From Rhina ancylostomus (lineage: Eukaryota): a stretch of 64,000 nucleotides of DNA. Both the position numbers and the translations under genes were made by a program. Positions 50,038-63,622 of the stretch are shown in pieces (position 1 is the first letter of the stretch; every line of letters begins with the position of its first letter). Under the pieces are notes generated by a model, which made no database searches, was not told where the DNA came from, and saw only the letters and a list, made by a program, of their open reading frames with translations. Location of the stretch: assembly GCA_030265395.1 (NCBI GenBank), contig JARFYF010000029.1, positions 25,027,297-25,091,296 on the forward strand, given 5' to 3'.

Positions 50038-52399
50038 AGAATTCCACAATTCAATGAAACTCCTTTCTCTCCGATTCACCGTGAGGGATCTAATTTGATA
50101 CAAGTGACGAGAAGTGCGACCTTTTTTTCTAACACAACAAGAAAGACTGAAAAAAACAAATTGCAGACATACTGTTGTATTTGTTATATTCTGATTCGTT
50201 ATGCAATAGTGGTAACAGTCACAACAATGATGCATTTATGTAGACTTAGATTTGGGCTGACGCTACCATTGAAAGAATGCAGCGTCGGATGCAGAGCCGC
50301 AGTAATAACGTATAACATTTATAAAGACTAGTTAAATGTACTCTGCACCGCTCATATCTGCTTAAGCAAAAAATTGCTTTTAATCAGGGCGGCTATGGAA
50401 TAGTACTAGTAATGCAATCCTGTAAACAATGGTATAAAATTTCCTTATTTATAACTTCAAATTACCTGAATAATTCTAACGTATTCGACTCCTGAAACAC
50501 CATTTTCTTTCCCTTAAATAACACAATCAACATTTGTTAAACTGCGTTCAGTTAAACGAAGCGTGCCGCTGTTCGAATGAAATGGTTTGTTTCATCCGAA
50601 ACGTGCAAACTACCAGGAAATACCTGTCACTGCGTTTCCAGTATTTAACTCTACATTTTGGTTCTAAACTTGAATGAGTTTTGCATTTCATTCGCACGAT
50701 GCAGATAGCACATTCGGGGCTTTCACGTTGCCATCCCTTTCCCTGTTTAAAACACGTTTTCACTGGGGGGTTCGGATGTATATTCGCTTTGCAATAATGA
50801 ATAAAAAGGGCTCTAACGGATAGCGGATCCGATTTATATGAAGACATATAGATTTTAAACAAGGAAGTGATTTTAATGCTACACAGAAAAACGATCAAAC
50901 TGTAATTGAAGTCTCACCTATACGGGATATCGCAGGCACAACAGCGCAGTCAGTTACCAATGAATAAGAACTNNNNNNNNNNNNNNNNNNNNNNNNNNNN
51001 NNNNNNNNNNNNNNNNNNNNNNNNNNNNNNNNNNNNNNNNNNNNNNNNNNNNNNNNNNNNNNNNNNNNNNNNNNNNNNNNNNNNNNNNNNNNNNNNNNNN
51101 NNNNNNNNNNNNNNNNNNNNNNNNNNNNNNNNNNNNNNNNNNNNNNNNNNNNNNNNNNNNNNNNNNNNNNNNNNNNNNNNNNNNNNNNNNNNNNNNNNNN
51201 NNNNNNNNNNNNNNNNNNNNNNNNNNNNNNNNNNNNNNNNNNNNNNNNNNNNNNNNNNNNNNNNNNNNNNNNNNNNNNNNNNNNNNNNNNNNNNNNNNNN
51301 NNNNNNNNNNNNNNNNNNNNNNNNNNNNNNNNNNNNNNNNNNNNNNNNNNNNNNNNNNNNNNNNNNNNNNNNNNNNNNNNNNNNNNNNNNNNNNNNNNNN
51401 NNNNNNNNNNNNNNNNNNNNNNNNGAAATTTGCAGGAAATATGGATTTGCCTCTTTTTGCATTGAAAATGGGCCGCCGTACAAGAGGCAAAGAGCACAGT
51501 TTGATGCCCCGTTTAGTCTCGATAAGAAAATCCCAAAGACGGTCGCCCTCTCCCCCCACCCCCCCCCCACCCCGTAAACCTCTATGGCAGAACAGGAATT
51601 AACTTTATTTTTTAATTGTGTATTTATTTCCTGTCGAACAGCAGTTTATTAAAAAAGATGACAGGTCTGAACGATCGTACAACACACAGAATGAAAATGC
51701 CCACGCATTCGTCTTACGGTTTCATGTGGAACTTGGAATTTGCCGTTTACTGTCACATTTGACTTTACTTTTAGTTGAAAAAGGCGTTTGTCAAATTTCA
51801 TATGTGAGGTGGGCATGAATCATATAGTGAGATTAAAATAGATAGGGCGCTAAATACGGTGGTGGAGTAAAGGTGTAATTGGTACCCACTCAATATGCAG
51901 AGATACCACGCCGGTGAGCTATCTGTAAGAATAGAACACTGAAATGTGTCAGCGCCGATCATAAAACAGCTGGTTTCGATGGTAGAGAATACTTTGTGAA
52001 TTAATTTAAAATAATGATTAAAACCTTTTTTTTGCACCAGTGACATTAGTCATGAATAAGAACTAAAGTGAAAAAGATTGTCCCTTTTGGAAACTGAGAG
52101 AAAAGCAGTATCACACAGACACGCCGAAATTCCCACACAAAGGACCCGGACAACTAACGCAGTTGATCTTAAAAGGCGCTTTGACTTAACTACATGCGAT
52201 CTAATGAATTTCAGAATAAATCAACGGACAATGGAATATAAAAAATGAAGTTCAGCGAAGTGATTAAAAAAATCTGGCAGTCACGCGTCATTGGAGGAGG
52301 AGTTCAACCTGGAGTTAACCGGCTGCCAAGTCCAACATCTCCTCGTAGTCAGGAGCTGGGACTGGAGTTTAGAGTAATTATACTTGAATATTATGCCGA

Positions 52400-53700
52400 G
52401 GGACATTCTTCAGTGTAGAGCGCCCATTACCGTGTACCAGTCCAAATACTTTGTAAACTGTGCCCTTGCATTGAACTTTCACCTTGCGAACCCGTCCAGA
52501 CTTCAGCGGCTAACTGCTACACAAACACACAAGGCTCCCCTCCCTCCTCCTCTACCTCGCTCGCCTGATCCTGCCTGCCGCGTTCTGCAAGCCCCGCTAC
52601 TTTGAATGTTATTTATCACACGGGGCCCTTTGCGTGGACACGGAATGGGAAGGAAGGCGCAGATAAATTACAAACTGAGGGGGCAACCATACCACAGAAC
52701 AAAATCTTGACTTTCTGGTGGTGGGGGATGGGGGGGGAGGCGTTTAGGGTGAAAAGGAAGAAGGTGGAACGTGCAAATGGTCCCTTTTTCTTTACATTCT
52801 CGGAAGAGCCTTGGAGGGCTTGTTATTTGAAATCAAATGAAGTGGCGTGGATGGGGATCTCTGAGCACGCTGGCTTCCTCACAGTTGTTGCTGTGAGTGT
52901 TACAAAAGGTGCAGGGTCCCGGCGGAGATGGGTTCACCCCGCTTCCCTGTGCTGCCCCGGGGAGAGGGCGCGGGGGTACTGAGGCCAACACAATGAAGAC
53001 CCCCCAACCCAACCCCACCCCATTGTTGACAGAGCAGGTGGATGTGACGCCACCCGGCGGTGCTCAGGCCGGGGGACAACAATATGGCAATCGGCCGACC
53101 ACCCTCCTCTTCCAGCTCAGCAAATTGACAATAACAAACAGCGCGGCAAAGTCCTCTCCGGGGCTGCTGTTATTTCTCTCTCCCCCTCCTGTTCCAATGC
53201 ATTTCTGTGCGCAGAACTGTGGCGTAGCAGGCGAGGTGATTTTTTTCTCTCTCTCTCTCCCTCTGCATCGAGTGTGGTTAGGAGAGGTGGTGGTGAGGGA
53301 GAGGGAGGGAGGTGTGTGTGGGGGGTTGTTGAGGCTGCAAAAACATTGGAGGGAGGTGGGAGCGCGAGCGCGCGCGTGCAGCCCGAGCCCGGACAGCGCG
53401 AGCGAGCGAGAGGGAGGGAGCGAGCGGAGGGATCGCCCGTCTGCAGCTGAGCGCCAGTCAGCGCAGCTTATCGGTACATGTATGGTGGGCTCCCTCTCCC
53501 CTCCCCTCCCACCCGCACGCAATCCTAGTTATTTTTTTGTATATTTAAAAAAGAGTCAAACGTACACTTACAAAAATTAAATTCGGAGCGCAGCGAAGAA
53601 ATATTTCCATCTTGTAACGCGTCGCTCTCTGCCTTGCCTTCACTTGTGGTAAGTTTTGTCTTAAGTTTTTTTTTGCTCAAACTCAAGGGAAAAGTTCAGT
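52400..53700 (+). promoter_or_regulatory. CpG island promoter, probably the distal FOXP2 promoter
   Basis: GC/CpG-rich sequence (gcgcgagcgcgcgcgtg, agcgagcgag) with GGGA runs. Identity is inferred only from the conserved vertebrate arrangement of PPP1R3A (-) and FOXP2 (+). Confidence 0.7.
53380..53648 (+). other. Putative non-coding first exon (FOXP2 upstream exon by synteny); start approximate
   Basis: Consensus donor TGTG|GTAAGT at 53648/53649 at the 3' edge of the CpG island. Confidence 0.5.
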
Positions 53701-54899
53701 GCTGAGCCTCCCTCAGGTTGTGTATATTTTTATTCTGGACTTCGTGGGTTTTTTTTAATGATGGAAAGTATTGCACGAAATGTGCATTGTTGGGATTTCT
53801 TAAAAAAACCTAAAATCAGGGCGAAGTTTGTGTTTTTTTTAGAGGCCCTCCCTGTCGCTTTCGTNNNNNNNNNNNNNNNNNNNNNNNNNNNNNNNNNNNN
53901 NNNNNNNNNNNNNNNNNNNNNNNNNNNNNNNNNNNNNNNNNNNNNNNNNNNNNNNNNNNNNNNNNNNNNNNNNNNNNNNNNNNNNNNNNNNNNNNNNNNN
54001 NNNNNNNNNNNNNNNNNNNNNNNNNNNNNNNNNNNNNNNNNNNNNNNNNNNNNNNNNNNNNNNNNNNNNNNNNNNNNNNNNNNNNNNNNNNNNNNNNNNN
54101 NNNNNNNNNNNNNNNNNNNNNNNNNNNNNNNNNNNNNNNNNNNNNNNNNNNNNNNNGACATCATTAGTCTTTGGAAAACACTAGTTGCAATAAAAGAAAC
54201 TTGCAATTTTTGATGAGAACAGCCGAAACATTTACTTCCTCGGATTGAAGTTGGATGAAGATTTCTTCCTCCCCCCTCAAAAAAAGTTCTGTAACCACTG
54301 ATATCAGGGGTTACTGCTGGCAGTTAACACAACTTTTGCAAGAGTACTTAGGGGAACTGTGATTCACTGCACTGAGAAATGAACACAGAATGGAGATAAT
54401 AAGTATCTTGGTGTTATGAAAGTCTCTGTGAAATTTCATCATTGAAGTGGAGAGAAGAGGTGAAGATCTGAAACATCTTTGTAAATTTGTTAAAATATTT
54501 GTGCATTGACAGACCAACACAACTTTTTATCAGTCTCATATGCTGACACTCATTGGTAATCCACTGGTAATTGCATCTGCCAAAACTGTCTTGGAAATGT
54601 ATTGTTTTACCATAATATTCAACTTAGGTTGAGCAATCTGGCACTAGCTACATGTGAAGTCTTAGACAATTGGCAAGTTATTGATATGTAAGGCCCTATT
54701 TAAATGATTGGATGAACTTCAAAATTTGTGCTTGAGTTGCACATAAAACAGTCAAAAATATGGAAAAATAATCAATTTTAGTAGTTCACAAAGGTTTATG
54801 GAGAAGTAGGCCACAGAGCCTGGGAGTGGCTGAGAGGGAGGCTGGATACCCTGAGAGTGGGACTGTTGGTGACCTTTTGAAAAGTCAGATTGGCTGATT

Positions 54900-57800
54900 A
54901 GATAAGCCTGCTCATTGTGGTAGAAGTCTGATACTGTGAGATACAGTGATTCCACCACATTGCAAAGTAGGTCATTAATCTAAGCACTGAAGTCACTAAC
55001 CTATGCACCAGACTCAGACAAGTCCAATTTACTGCCATCCCAGTCATCTTCAAAGACATTTGGGGATTGGTGACTAAATTGGGAAAGCTGTCCCACGGAC
55101 AAATCAAACAACAGATTGTCATAGTTGTCCTCAGAGAATCATACCCTACAGACAATATGGCACATTTCTCAATCACGATCTGAGATCCATCCTGACCCAC
55201 CGGCAGGACAAACCGATCAGAGGTGGTGGTAAAGTGGTATATAGGGATGGAAGGAGCATCCCTGTGAGTCCACTGTATATTAACTACAGACCAAATGAAG
55301 TGTCATGGCATCTGGTGAAGCAAGGGCAAGGAAACTATCTCCTTATTACCACCATCTCTTAGTTGATGAATCCCTCACCTGAGCTCATGCTCCTTCAGGT
55401 TGAGTAACACTGAAGAAGAACTGAAAGCAGCAAGGGCACAGAATGTACTCTGAGTGAGAAACTTGGTAACACCAGCGCTAACCAATCTGCCAGATTGGGT
55501 CTGCAGCAGGTTGTGATTGAACAAATGTGAGGGATGAACCTACACAATCTTATCCTGGTCAATCTAACTGTGGCAGATACATGAAAGCATTGGTAGATGT
55601 GACCAACATACAGTTCTTGTGGAGATATTGTCCTGTCTTCTCACTGAAGGCACACTCTATTGTGTTTGGTTGGGATTTCTCTGTGGACCATCACTAGCAG
55701 TAGAAATGTTCAACAGTGCAATCTGTAACTGCATGGCCCACAGAGCCCCATCAATGCCCAGTTTTGAGCAATCAGGTCTTTTCTAAGTCTGGCACACTGT
55801 GCTACTCAACACAATAGAGTGTGCCCTCAGTGAGAAGACAGGACAATATCTCCACAAGAACTGTTGGTTATGTTGGTGGTTGTTGTACATTGGCTGTATG
55901 TTGGTTACATCTACCAATGCTATCATGCATCTGCCACAGATTGACCAGAATAAGATTAAGTAGCTTCATCCCTTGCATTTGTTCAATCACAACCTGCTGC
56001 AAACCCCATCTGGCAGATTAGTTAGTACTGGTGCTACCAAGTTTCTCACTCAGTACATTCTGTGTATTTCTCACTCAAACATTATTCTCAAGCTGAGGGA
56101 TCAGTCCTGGTTCAATGAGGTGCATGGAATGCATGCCCAGAGGAGCTCCAGCTTTACCTAAAAATGAAGTGCCCACCTGATGAAACTGTATGCTAAACTC
56201 CATGCGATAGACAGAGTGAAGTGATTTCACAGCCAATTTACCAGATCAAAGTGCTGAAGTACTATCTCTATCTAATTGCAAATGATGGTGGACAAATAAA
56301 TAGATAGCAAGAGAAGAGGCTTCAAGAATACTTCTGTCCCCAACAATGCTGGGGCTCAGCATATGAGTGCTTGAGCATTTGCAGTTATGTTCAGCTCGAA
56401 GTGCTGAAATGAAGATCCATTAGAGTTTCATCCTGAGATCCCCAATGTCACAAAGCTAGTCTCTAACCAATTCTATTCTCATCACCTGATGTCAAGAAAT
56501 GTTGTGGAGCACTAGATACAGGAAAGGCTATGGGACTGGATAACGACATGGCTACATTATTAAAGATCTGCAATTTAGAACTAGCCATATAGTTAGCTAA
56601 GTTGTTCCAAAACAGTTACTACACTGGCATCTACCCAGCAATGTAAAAAATAATGCCCAGAGAGGTCCTGCTTAAAGGAAGTGGGATAACCTAATCTGAC
56701 TAATTACTACCCAATCAGTTTACTCCCAATCATGGTGGAAGGTGTGTTGATAATCAAATGGCTCATACTCACCAATAACCTACTTAACAATGGTCAGTTT
56801 GGAGTTTACAGGGAAAACTTGGTTCCAGGCTTTGTTCAGGCCTGGATTAAAGAGTTGAATTCCAGAGATGAGATGAAAGTGACCGCTCTTGAGATCAAGG
56901 CAACATTTGACTGAATGTAGCATCAAGGAGCCTTTGTAATACTTAAGTCATTGGGCATCAAAGTGGAAATATTTCTAAAGGTAGGAGTCACACATCACAC
57001 AAAAGAAAACGGTCAGTTGATTGAGGCCAATCATCTCAGCCCTAGGACATCACTGCATAGTTCCTCAGGGAAGTGACTTGGGCCTGAAAATCTTCAGCTG
57101 CTTCATCAATAACTTTCCTTCCACCAAAGGTCCAAAGTGGGAATGTTTGCTGATGATTGCACAAGTCCTCGGCAGATGGAGTGGTTTGTACTTGCATACA
57201 GTAACAATCAGGCAGGGGGTGATAATGGTAAGTAGCATTTGTGCCTCAGAAGTGCCAGACAATAATAATCTCCAAAAAGAGAGACTCTATCAACCTACTC
57301 CTGGCATTGAATGGCATTGTCATTTGTCAGTTCAACATCCTGGACTCACCATTGATCCCAAACTCAAATGGATCTGCTACATAAATTCTGTGACTGCAAA
57401 AGCAGGTTAGAGGCTCCATGACACCACAAAGCCTTTTCACCCCGTACAAGACAAAATCAGGATTGTGATGGAATATGCTCCATGTGGCTGGATCAATACA
57501 GCTCCAACAGAAGCCAAGGAGCTGAATACTATCCAGCACAAAGTGACCTACTTGACTGATAACCCAGCCAGCACCCTAAACCCTCATTACCTCTCATCAT
57601 TGATGCACAGTGGCTGCCTAAAAGGTGCAATGTAGATACTTGTCACCCAAACCCAGAACCTCTATAACCAAGGACTTCAGGTGCAAGCAAACTCCAACAG
57701 CTGCATGCTTGCCTCCAAGTCATATACCATCCCGAGTTGAAAATATATCACTATTCCTTCATTGATATTGGAACTAAGTTGCGGAACTTCCTCTCCAAAG

Positions 57801-57925
57801 CATTTTGAGATACCTTCAGCAGAAGGATTGCAGCAGTTCAAGATAGAAACTCACCACCTCCTTTCCAAGAATAATTAAGGATGACCAATGAATGCCAGTG
57901 ATAGCCACATCTTGAAAAATGAATA
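54900..57925 (+). mobile_element. Near full-length decayed CR1-group LINE ORF2 (APE endonuclease + RT + 3' tail)
   Basis: APE motifs IVVLRESY...HRQDKPIRGGGKVVY. RT motifs NYYPISLLP, NNLLNNGQFG, ALEIKATFD, VPQGSDLG and MFADD. Many stops and frameshifts. Confidence 0.85.
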
Positions 57926-59289
57926 TAGAGTAGAACGTTATTGATGTATCTTATAGGACATGAATTTCAGATGTCCAAAATTGAGGTTATCAAAAAATCT
58001 TCATGCTATTGGCTATTAGTGTACTTCTGCAAACTAAAATAGCTGTTACAAGAGTGTTCAGTGACAGTTGTAATTCCTTTTTAATATATTAAGTGCAGCC
58101 AAAGTTAAATAGTTGACAAAAATCACTCATAATGTTTCAAAATGGTTCCAAATTTTCATTTTCTCTTTTTCCCTTGCTTATACCCAAAAAGACTGAGTGC
58201 TACAGCTTTGTACATTCTTTGGTTCTGGAGTTTTGATGCAGAGCATCTCATGGTTCACTTTGTGTCTGATATCCCGTGTCTTTATTGGTAACACTGTTCA
58301 AGAAATAGCACTTAAAGTGGAAGCCATGGCATCTTTTGCAACTACCTAAGCAGCCAGAAGGAACCCCAGTTTGATGTTTCATTTGAAATATCAAGCACCT
58401 CTGATAATACCGTGCATTCTAATTTCAGCCTCAATCATGTGCAAAGTCCTCACTCAAAGCCTCATGCCATCACAGAGCCAATGTCTATAGATTTATAGAC
58501 TTCCTATCTTCTATCAATGCTCTACATGATTGCATGTCTATCAATCAGTACATCAACTTGAGAATTGTTATCTGTGAACAACATTTTATGGCCTCTGTTG
58601 CCTTCTCAGATTTATGTTCATTGCAAATTTTAACATTAGTCCATTGGCACTAATCCTACTCCCATCTGTTCACCAGCCTACCCCATCTCTTGCTCGTGGT
58701 CCCAAACTCTCAACCCTTTGTAAACTGCTTAAAAGCTTGCCTCTTTAACATTGCTTTTAGCCACTTTCCTAATTATCCTGCATCTGCATTGGTCTAATTC
58801 TTAACTCTGAAACACCTTGAAGTCATTGCCGTGATAACAGTTTATTTAAAAAATCATTTTAGTATACTAGACAACTTCCTCTCGTGCTCCCATTGCTGTC
58901 TGACCTTGAATTCCCCAATGCCAAATATCAATGTTCCCTGCTGTACACCTGCACAGTACTTGGCTACCTGCTATCACATTTTAATCTATTCAAGTTCTCT
59001 CTCTTTCTGACTTTCCAACTCTTGCAAGAACATAAGCTTCAAAGAACCATGATTAATATCACTGGATATCCGGCAGGAGTTAAAATAATGTTTAATGGAT
59101 TTACACATGTGACCTTGAATACATCCAAATAATGAAGCTGCTTTCTCAACCTACATTTGTTATTAAATGTAAAGAGTCTGAATTAATTCCAATTATCATA
59201 CCTGATACGGCTATATAGCAATAAAACATAACTTCTTTAAAGGTAACAAAGTTATGCACTTTTATACTACGGTTTATAATCAATGTAAG

Positions 59290-60225
59290 CACATAATAAA
59301 TAGAATCAGGAAAAGGCCATTTGTCACCCCCACCTCCCTCGTCCTGGTCTACCATTCAAAAAGCTTATAGTTGATGTAGTACCTTAATATCTAAAAAAAA
59401 GTTGATCTATGTGTTGAATATACTCAGTGACTGAGCCTCCATTACCCTGTTGGGTAGAGAATTCCAAAGATACACCATCCTCTAGGTGTAGAAATATCTC
59501 TCTCTCTATTCTATATTGCTGACTCCTTATATTGAGATGTGACTTCTATTTTCAGATAGAGGTCTAATAACTCTACATTTATCCAAGTAAAACCAGCTGG
59601 GGGACCATCAACTCTACATTTACCCAAGTAAAACCTCACAAGGATTTTGTATGTTTCAGTGAGGTACCTTTCATTATTCTGAACTTTAGAGAGGATAGAC
59701 CCAGTCTACTTAAACTTTCCTCGTACAACAAACCTGCATCCAAGGAATCAATCTGATGAACCTCTGTGTGCCCCCTCAATTACAAATACATCTTTCCTTG
59801 GGTTAAGAAACCAGAACTGTAGGCAATATGTTAGGCATGGTCTGACATTATAATTTCCAATACAGTGTTTTGTGATGAAGGCCAATATACTGTTGCCTTC
59901 TAACTGTCTGTACAATAGCTATCATTAGTTCATGTACAAAGCCACTCTGGTCTCTGCACAGCAATACCTCTCCATTTCTCACCATCTAAAAATGTTCCAC
60001 GTTTCTATTTTTCTGCCAAAACGGATAACCTTGCATTTTTCCTCATATTCCATCTGCCATGTCCTTGCCTGTTCATATCTCCCTGCAGCCTCTCTGCATC
60101 CTCCTCGCAACCTTCACAACCACTCAGCTTGGATATATTATACTTGATCCCTTGATCTGATATAGATTGTGACCAGCTGGGGTGTCAGCACTAATCCCTG
60201 TGGCACCCTACTGACCACAATGACG
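59290..60225 (-). mobile_element. CR1 LINE remnant
   Basis: CR1 3' tail and RT segments (cactaatccctgtggcaccc is GVPQG on the minus strand). Confidence 0.8.
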
Positions 60226-60679
60226 AATGGCATATCCGATCTAGTAGCAAGGAAAGTGTAATATATTGGGTTCTTGTACTATATCATTGAGTATCATATA
60301 ACTCATTTAAACTAGGAGCATTATTTAAAACATGTTTGCAAAAACCAAAACGTAACGGAATCTAGAGCATGGTACATACAATGTTGCAATAGTTGACTGT
60401 ATGGCAGTTTTTAAGATTTTAGCAAGTTCGCCAACCTTAGAAACACCTACACTTCACAGTGCACCATACAGCTTCCATTATTTTGCAAAAAAATACACCA
60501 CAATAGGTGAATGTATTTGCATTGAAGAACTTTTTAATGCAATTATGGACATAAACGTGTGACAGATTTTCTATTTCTGTGAGATCATCAGGTGTTTTTT
60601 CAATCTTAGTTAGGATTTCTTTTCAACTACAGGACTGACCTATAATCTCTGACCCAAAACACTTCTGCAGGAATTCTAA

Positions 60680-63400
60680 AGTTCATCTTGATGGTTGCAC
60701 TTGCCTAGGAAGTTTGAGTGCCTTCACCTAGTCTCCTACTCGGAATCATCTTTCTGGTCTTTGAGCAAAGAATCACTCCCTGATTCCTTTCAAACTTCCT
60801 TCTCCAAAAGCTTTATTCAATATTATTCTAATATGATGACCCATAAGCATTTCAACTGGAGAGTATATCAAACAGAGCGAGCATTTACCCTGTATATGAG
60901 AAAGAGCAGTGCAAGCCTGTGATTGGGTCCATCGTATAAACATGATTCTCAATGTTTACTTCACTAGTTGAACTGAACGGTGAGCCTCACCTTTGGATGC
61001 TGGATGAAAAGAAGTTCTCAAACTCTGTAGAATCCAGTTAGTCTGCATGAAGGCTACTTTCAGTGCTGACCAGAACTACAATTAACTAGAAGCCACATGT
61101 TGCCAAAACTGACCTTAATTCCTGGATTGTTTGCTCCATAGCGGTATAGGATCCTATCAGCAGTTCTTCAAGCCATTTTGAATGCCTGTTCAAAGAAGCA
61201 AGAAAATGATGTGTTTCCAATTAGAAGAAAAGATGTACTGTTTGGAATGCTTGAGTTGGCTGTTTCCACATCTNNNNNNNNNNNNNNNNNNNNNNNNNNN
61301 NNNGAAGTGCTCATACACTGTACAGGCATTGACTGGAACCTCAGTCTTGCTCAATGCACAACAAAATAGGACACTGAGCCATGGTCTTCAAATGGACCAT
61401 GCTTTTGCACTGTGCATGATATCCATGAGAACATGCCCTGCATTGTCTTCAGAAGTACCATACAATGACCTCCCCTTCAATCAGCCTGGGTTTGTGATCA
61501 GTTCATGCTCTGTTCTCTAGACAGGCTGAATGCCCACATCTAATTCATGTCAGCTTGACAATGTATACCAATAAACCTGATCAAGCAGACTACCTCGCTG
61601 GCCATAATGGGGAAACAGGCTGAAACATGAAACTTCACCCCTCTAAGTTGTTGCTGCCTCATGCAGACACTGCCTCAGAGCATCACTTGCAGCATTTCAT
61701 TTGAGGTGGAATCCTCCGTAGAGTAATCATGTAGGACACAGCCCAACATTGTGGTTGGAAGGCTGGCATCATCGGAATGACCAGTTGTGGGCTTTTGATT
61801 TGTAAATGTGTGACAAGTAATTTGTTTAAAAAAGAATTTGTAAAACTGAGTGACTCCACAATAATGGCCAAATCCATACAATCTGTGCATGTTTTGTTCA
61901 CAGGTAGTGAGAGAGCAAAAAGCATATGTATTTGGAAGTTCATGGCCTGTATCCGTCATGTGCAATGACTGCATTAAACCCCATCTGGAGATGTCACGTG
62001 AGAGCCTTGGGACTATTGGGATGGTTATGAACATAAGTCATTGCTGACATTGGCCATGTACATCTTGTATGCCCTCTCATCGAATCATAGAGACATACAG
62101 CACAGAACACCTCATCAATGCCAACCATGGTGCCTACCGATGCTAATTCCATTTGACCCATATCCCTTGATGCCTTTCCTATCCATTCCTTTTCTTTGCC
62201 TTTCGAAATGCCTTTAAACATTGTAATTGTATCTGCCTCCACTACCTCCTTTGGCAGCTCATTCCAGATATTCACCATCCTCTGTGTGAGAACCCTACAC
62301 CTCATATCTTTAAGTTTCTCCCCTCCTTAAACCTGTTCCCTCCAGTTCTAGACTCATGCACTTGGAAAAAGATTCTGACTATCTATCCTATCCATGCCCC
62401 TCATCATTCTGAAAAAAACCTCAATAAGGTCACCTCTTAGCCTCCTACACTCCAGTGAGAATAAATCCAGCCTATCCAATCTCTCCTTATAACTACAGAC
62501 CTCTAACATCCTGCTGAGTCTCTTCCGCACATTCTCTGTTGCTACTGTCATTCTGTAGTGTGGCGACCAGAACTGTACACAAATAAGTGCAGTCTAACCA
62601 ATGTTTTGTACAGCTGCAACATGATGTCAAAACTCTTGACCCAGCTCATTTCCCTGTAACTTAAGGGAAGTTAAGAAGATGGCAAGAGCTGGTAAAGATC
62701 AAGCATAGTATCACAAGGAAAAGTCAAAGTTCTGTGACTATTTGGTTTTCTCACTTTCATTACTGTAGCCTCTTTCTTATACAGTGGTCTCAGCACATCT
62801 TTATTAACCATAAGGCCCAAATATATCATCTCACACTGTAAGAAGAACATTTTGACACTGACTCTTGTGTAATTTTTATTCAACACTATCAAGTGCCCCT
62901 GGTCAGTCAGTCTTCATTACATTTGAAATGTCATCTTGAGAGCACAGGCAGCTGGTAATCCCCAGCAGTATTTTATCCATTGCCACTTGAAATACTTATG
63001 GGGCCGACTTCACCTGATATGGCAACTTTGAATGGGCACTTAGTTCTTTTTATGTGTTCACTGTCAGTAAGCACTGAATTGTTGGATGTGTATTCAGTTG
63101 TGAATAAGCATGAGATAAGTTCATGTGAAAATATTGGTATCTGCCAGCTCCACATGTGGACCTTGTGATAGGTGCAATATGCATTGCTCATTGTTGACAG
63201 GTTTGTTAAACATCACAATAATATCACTGTATGATTGTACCATATTTTCTGAGTCTGGAACCACAGTAAGTAGAATTGTTCACTTGCAATGCTGGACCTT
63301 AACCTTCAGTCCCTAGTGCTCCAGTTTTATCAGTTCATCCTCCATCTGTGTCTTAAAAGAACTGTACACAGATCTAGGCTTGCAGTGGATAGATTTGGCA
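60680..63400 (-). mobile_element. Gypsy LTR-retrotransposon pol remnant (RT, RNase H, integrase), split by a CR1
   Basis: RT: MDKILLGLP..QDDI and FLQCEMIYLG..VNKD.LRP. RNase H: ELPNTYAFCSLTTCEQN...GVTQFYKFF...TNQKP. Degenerate integrase region ending PVEMLMGHHIR. Order RT-RH-IN. Confidence 0.75.
62079..62640 (-). mobile_element. CR1 3' fragment inserted in the Gypsy pol
   Basis: YKERLDRLDLFSLECRRLRGDLIEVF and FTQRxVNIWNELPKEVVEA-like motifs. Confidence 0.9.
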
Positions 63401-63450
63401 TCTTGGTGCATGCAGACATTGGTTTATGCCAAATAATGCCATAATGAATC

Positions 63451-63522
63451 TGTCATAATGTTGATCAAAGAGCAAACTCAGAGAACCCAAATGCAGCACA
63501 CCGATACAAGACTGGAGTCAGG
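63451..63522 (-). mobile_element. LTR end, same family as 27635-27880
   Basis: tgtcataatgttgatc...gagaacccaaatgc...gatacaagactggagtcagg followed by a gap. Confidence 0.8.
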
Positions 63523-63622
63523 NNNNNNNNNNNNNNNNNNNNNNNNNNNNNNNNNNNNNNNNNNNNNNNNNNNNNNNNNNNNNNNNNNNNNNNNNNNNNN
63601 NNNNNNNNNNNNNNNNNNNNNN

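Noticed and set aside
50895-51577. ORFs of 200+ aa spanning N runs (also 53730-54213 and others)
   Set aside because: Artefacts of translating through assembly gaps.
52897-53580. 227-aa and 152-aa ORFs across the CpG island
   Set aside because: Low-complexity products expected from stop-poor GC-rich DNA; no recognisable domain.
59569-59635. 26-bp direct duplication with 41-bp period
   Set aside because: Two copies only, inside a dead CR1; a neutral local duplication.
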